Made by a program: the position numbers and the translations under genes. From Octopus bimaculoides (Eukaryota): a stretch of 63,865 nt of DNA. The stretch's first letter is position 1, and every line of letters begins with the position of its first letter. This document shows, one piece after another, positions 63,597 to 63,865 of this stretch. The DNA is taken from contig NC_068987.1 of the NCBI RefSeq assembly GCF_001194135.2, positions 8,555,218 to 8,619,082 of the forward strand, read 5' to 3'. The notes under the pieces are model-generated. The model searched no databases. It saw only the letters and a list, made by a program, of their open reading frames with translations, and was not told the origin of the DNA.

Positions 63597-63865
63597 CATC
63601 ATCATCATCATCATCGTTTAACGTCTGCTTTCCATGCTAGCATGGGTTGGACGATTTGACTGAGGACTGGTGAAACCGGATGGCAACACCAGGCTCCAGT
63701 CTGATTTGGCAGAGTTTCTACAGCTGGATGCCCTTCCTAACGCCAACCACTCAGAGAGTGTAGTGGGTGCTTTTACGTGTCACCCGCACGAAAACGGCCA
63801 CGCTCGAAATGGTGTCCTTTATGTGCCACCCGCACAAGCCAGTCCAGGGGCACTGGCAACGATCT
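63597..63865 (-). mobile_element. Family C repeat, young copy abutting a truncated family B SINE
   Basis: Reverse complement of 33895-34104 with 2 differences over about 195 nt; runs off the window end. Confidence 0.85.

Overview
AT-rich eukaryotic genomic DNA, most likely an octopod cephalopod (inferred from the SINE/MITE families and microsatellite load). There are six N gaps (1008-1403, 12755-13498, 14369-14388, 20674-20769, 32619-32628, 53285-53477). Two minus-strand protein-coding genes can be reconstructed by hand with phase-consistent GT-AG introns. (1) A complete 3-exon MRPL27: join 11968-11914, 10470-10292, 9807-9613; 142 aa. (2) The 3' 11 coding exons of liprin-beta (PPFIBP1/2 co-ortholog), 52360 down to 25120: about 436 aa covering three SAM domains and ending ...PTSNV*. 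Its N-terminal coiled-coil exons were not found in the window. The rest is introns, intergenic DNA and a probable long 3' UTR, filled with several SINE-like families, RTE and R4/Dong-type LINE fragments, mariner, piggyBac-like and Helentron-like elements, a degenerate tRNA-Glu, and at least seven unrelated long fold-back hairpins. There are no prokaryotic features and no CRISPR. I cannot establish a new biological system. The best leads are RNA-structural: a candidate exon-intron editing duplex over the SAM2 exon, a covarying 3' stem-loop shared by three SINE tail variants, many hairpins inside the transcription unit, and a duplicated heat-shock-element-like array inside a candidate plus-strand intron. 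Repeat boundaries are approximate (read by eye).
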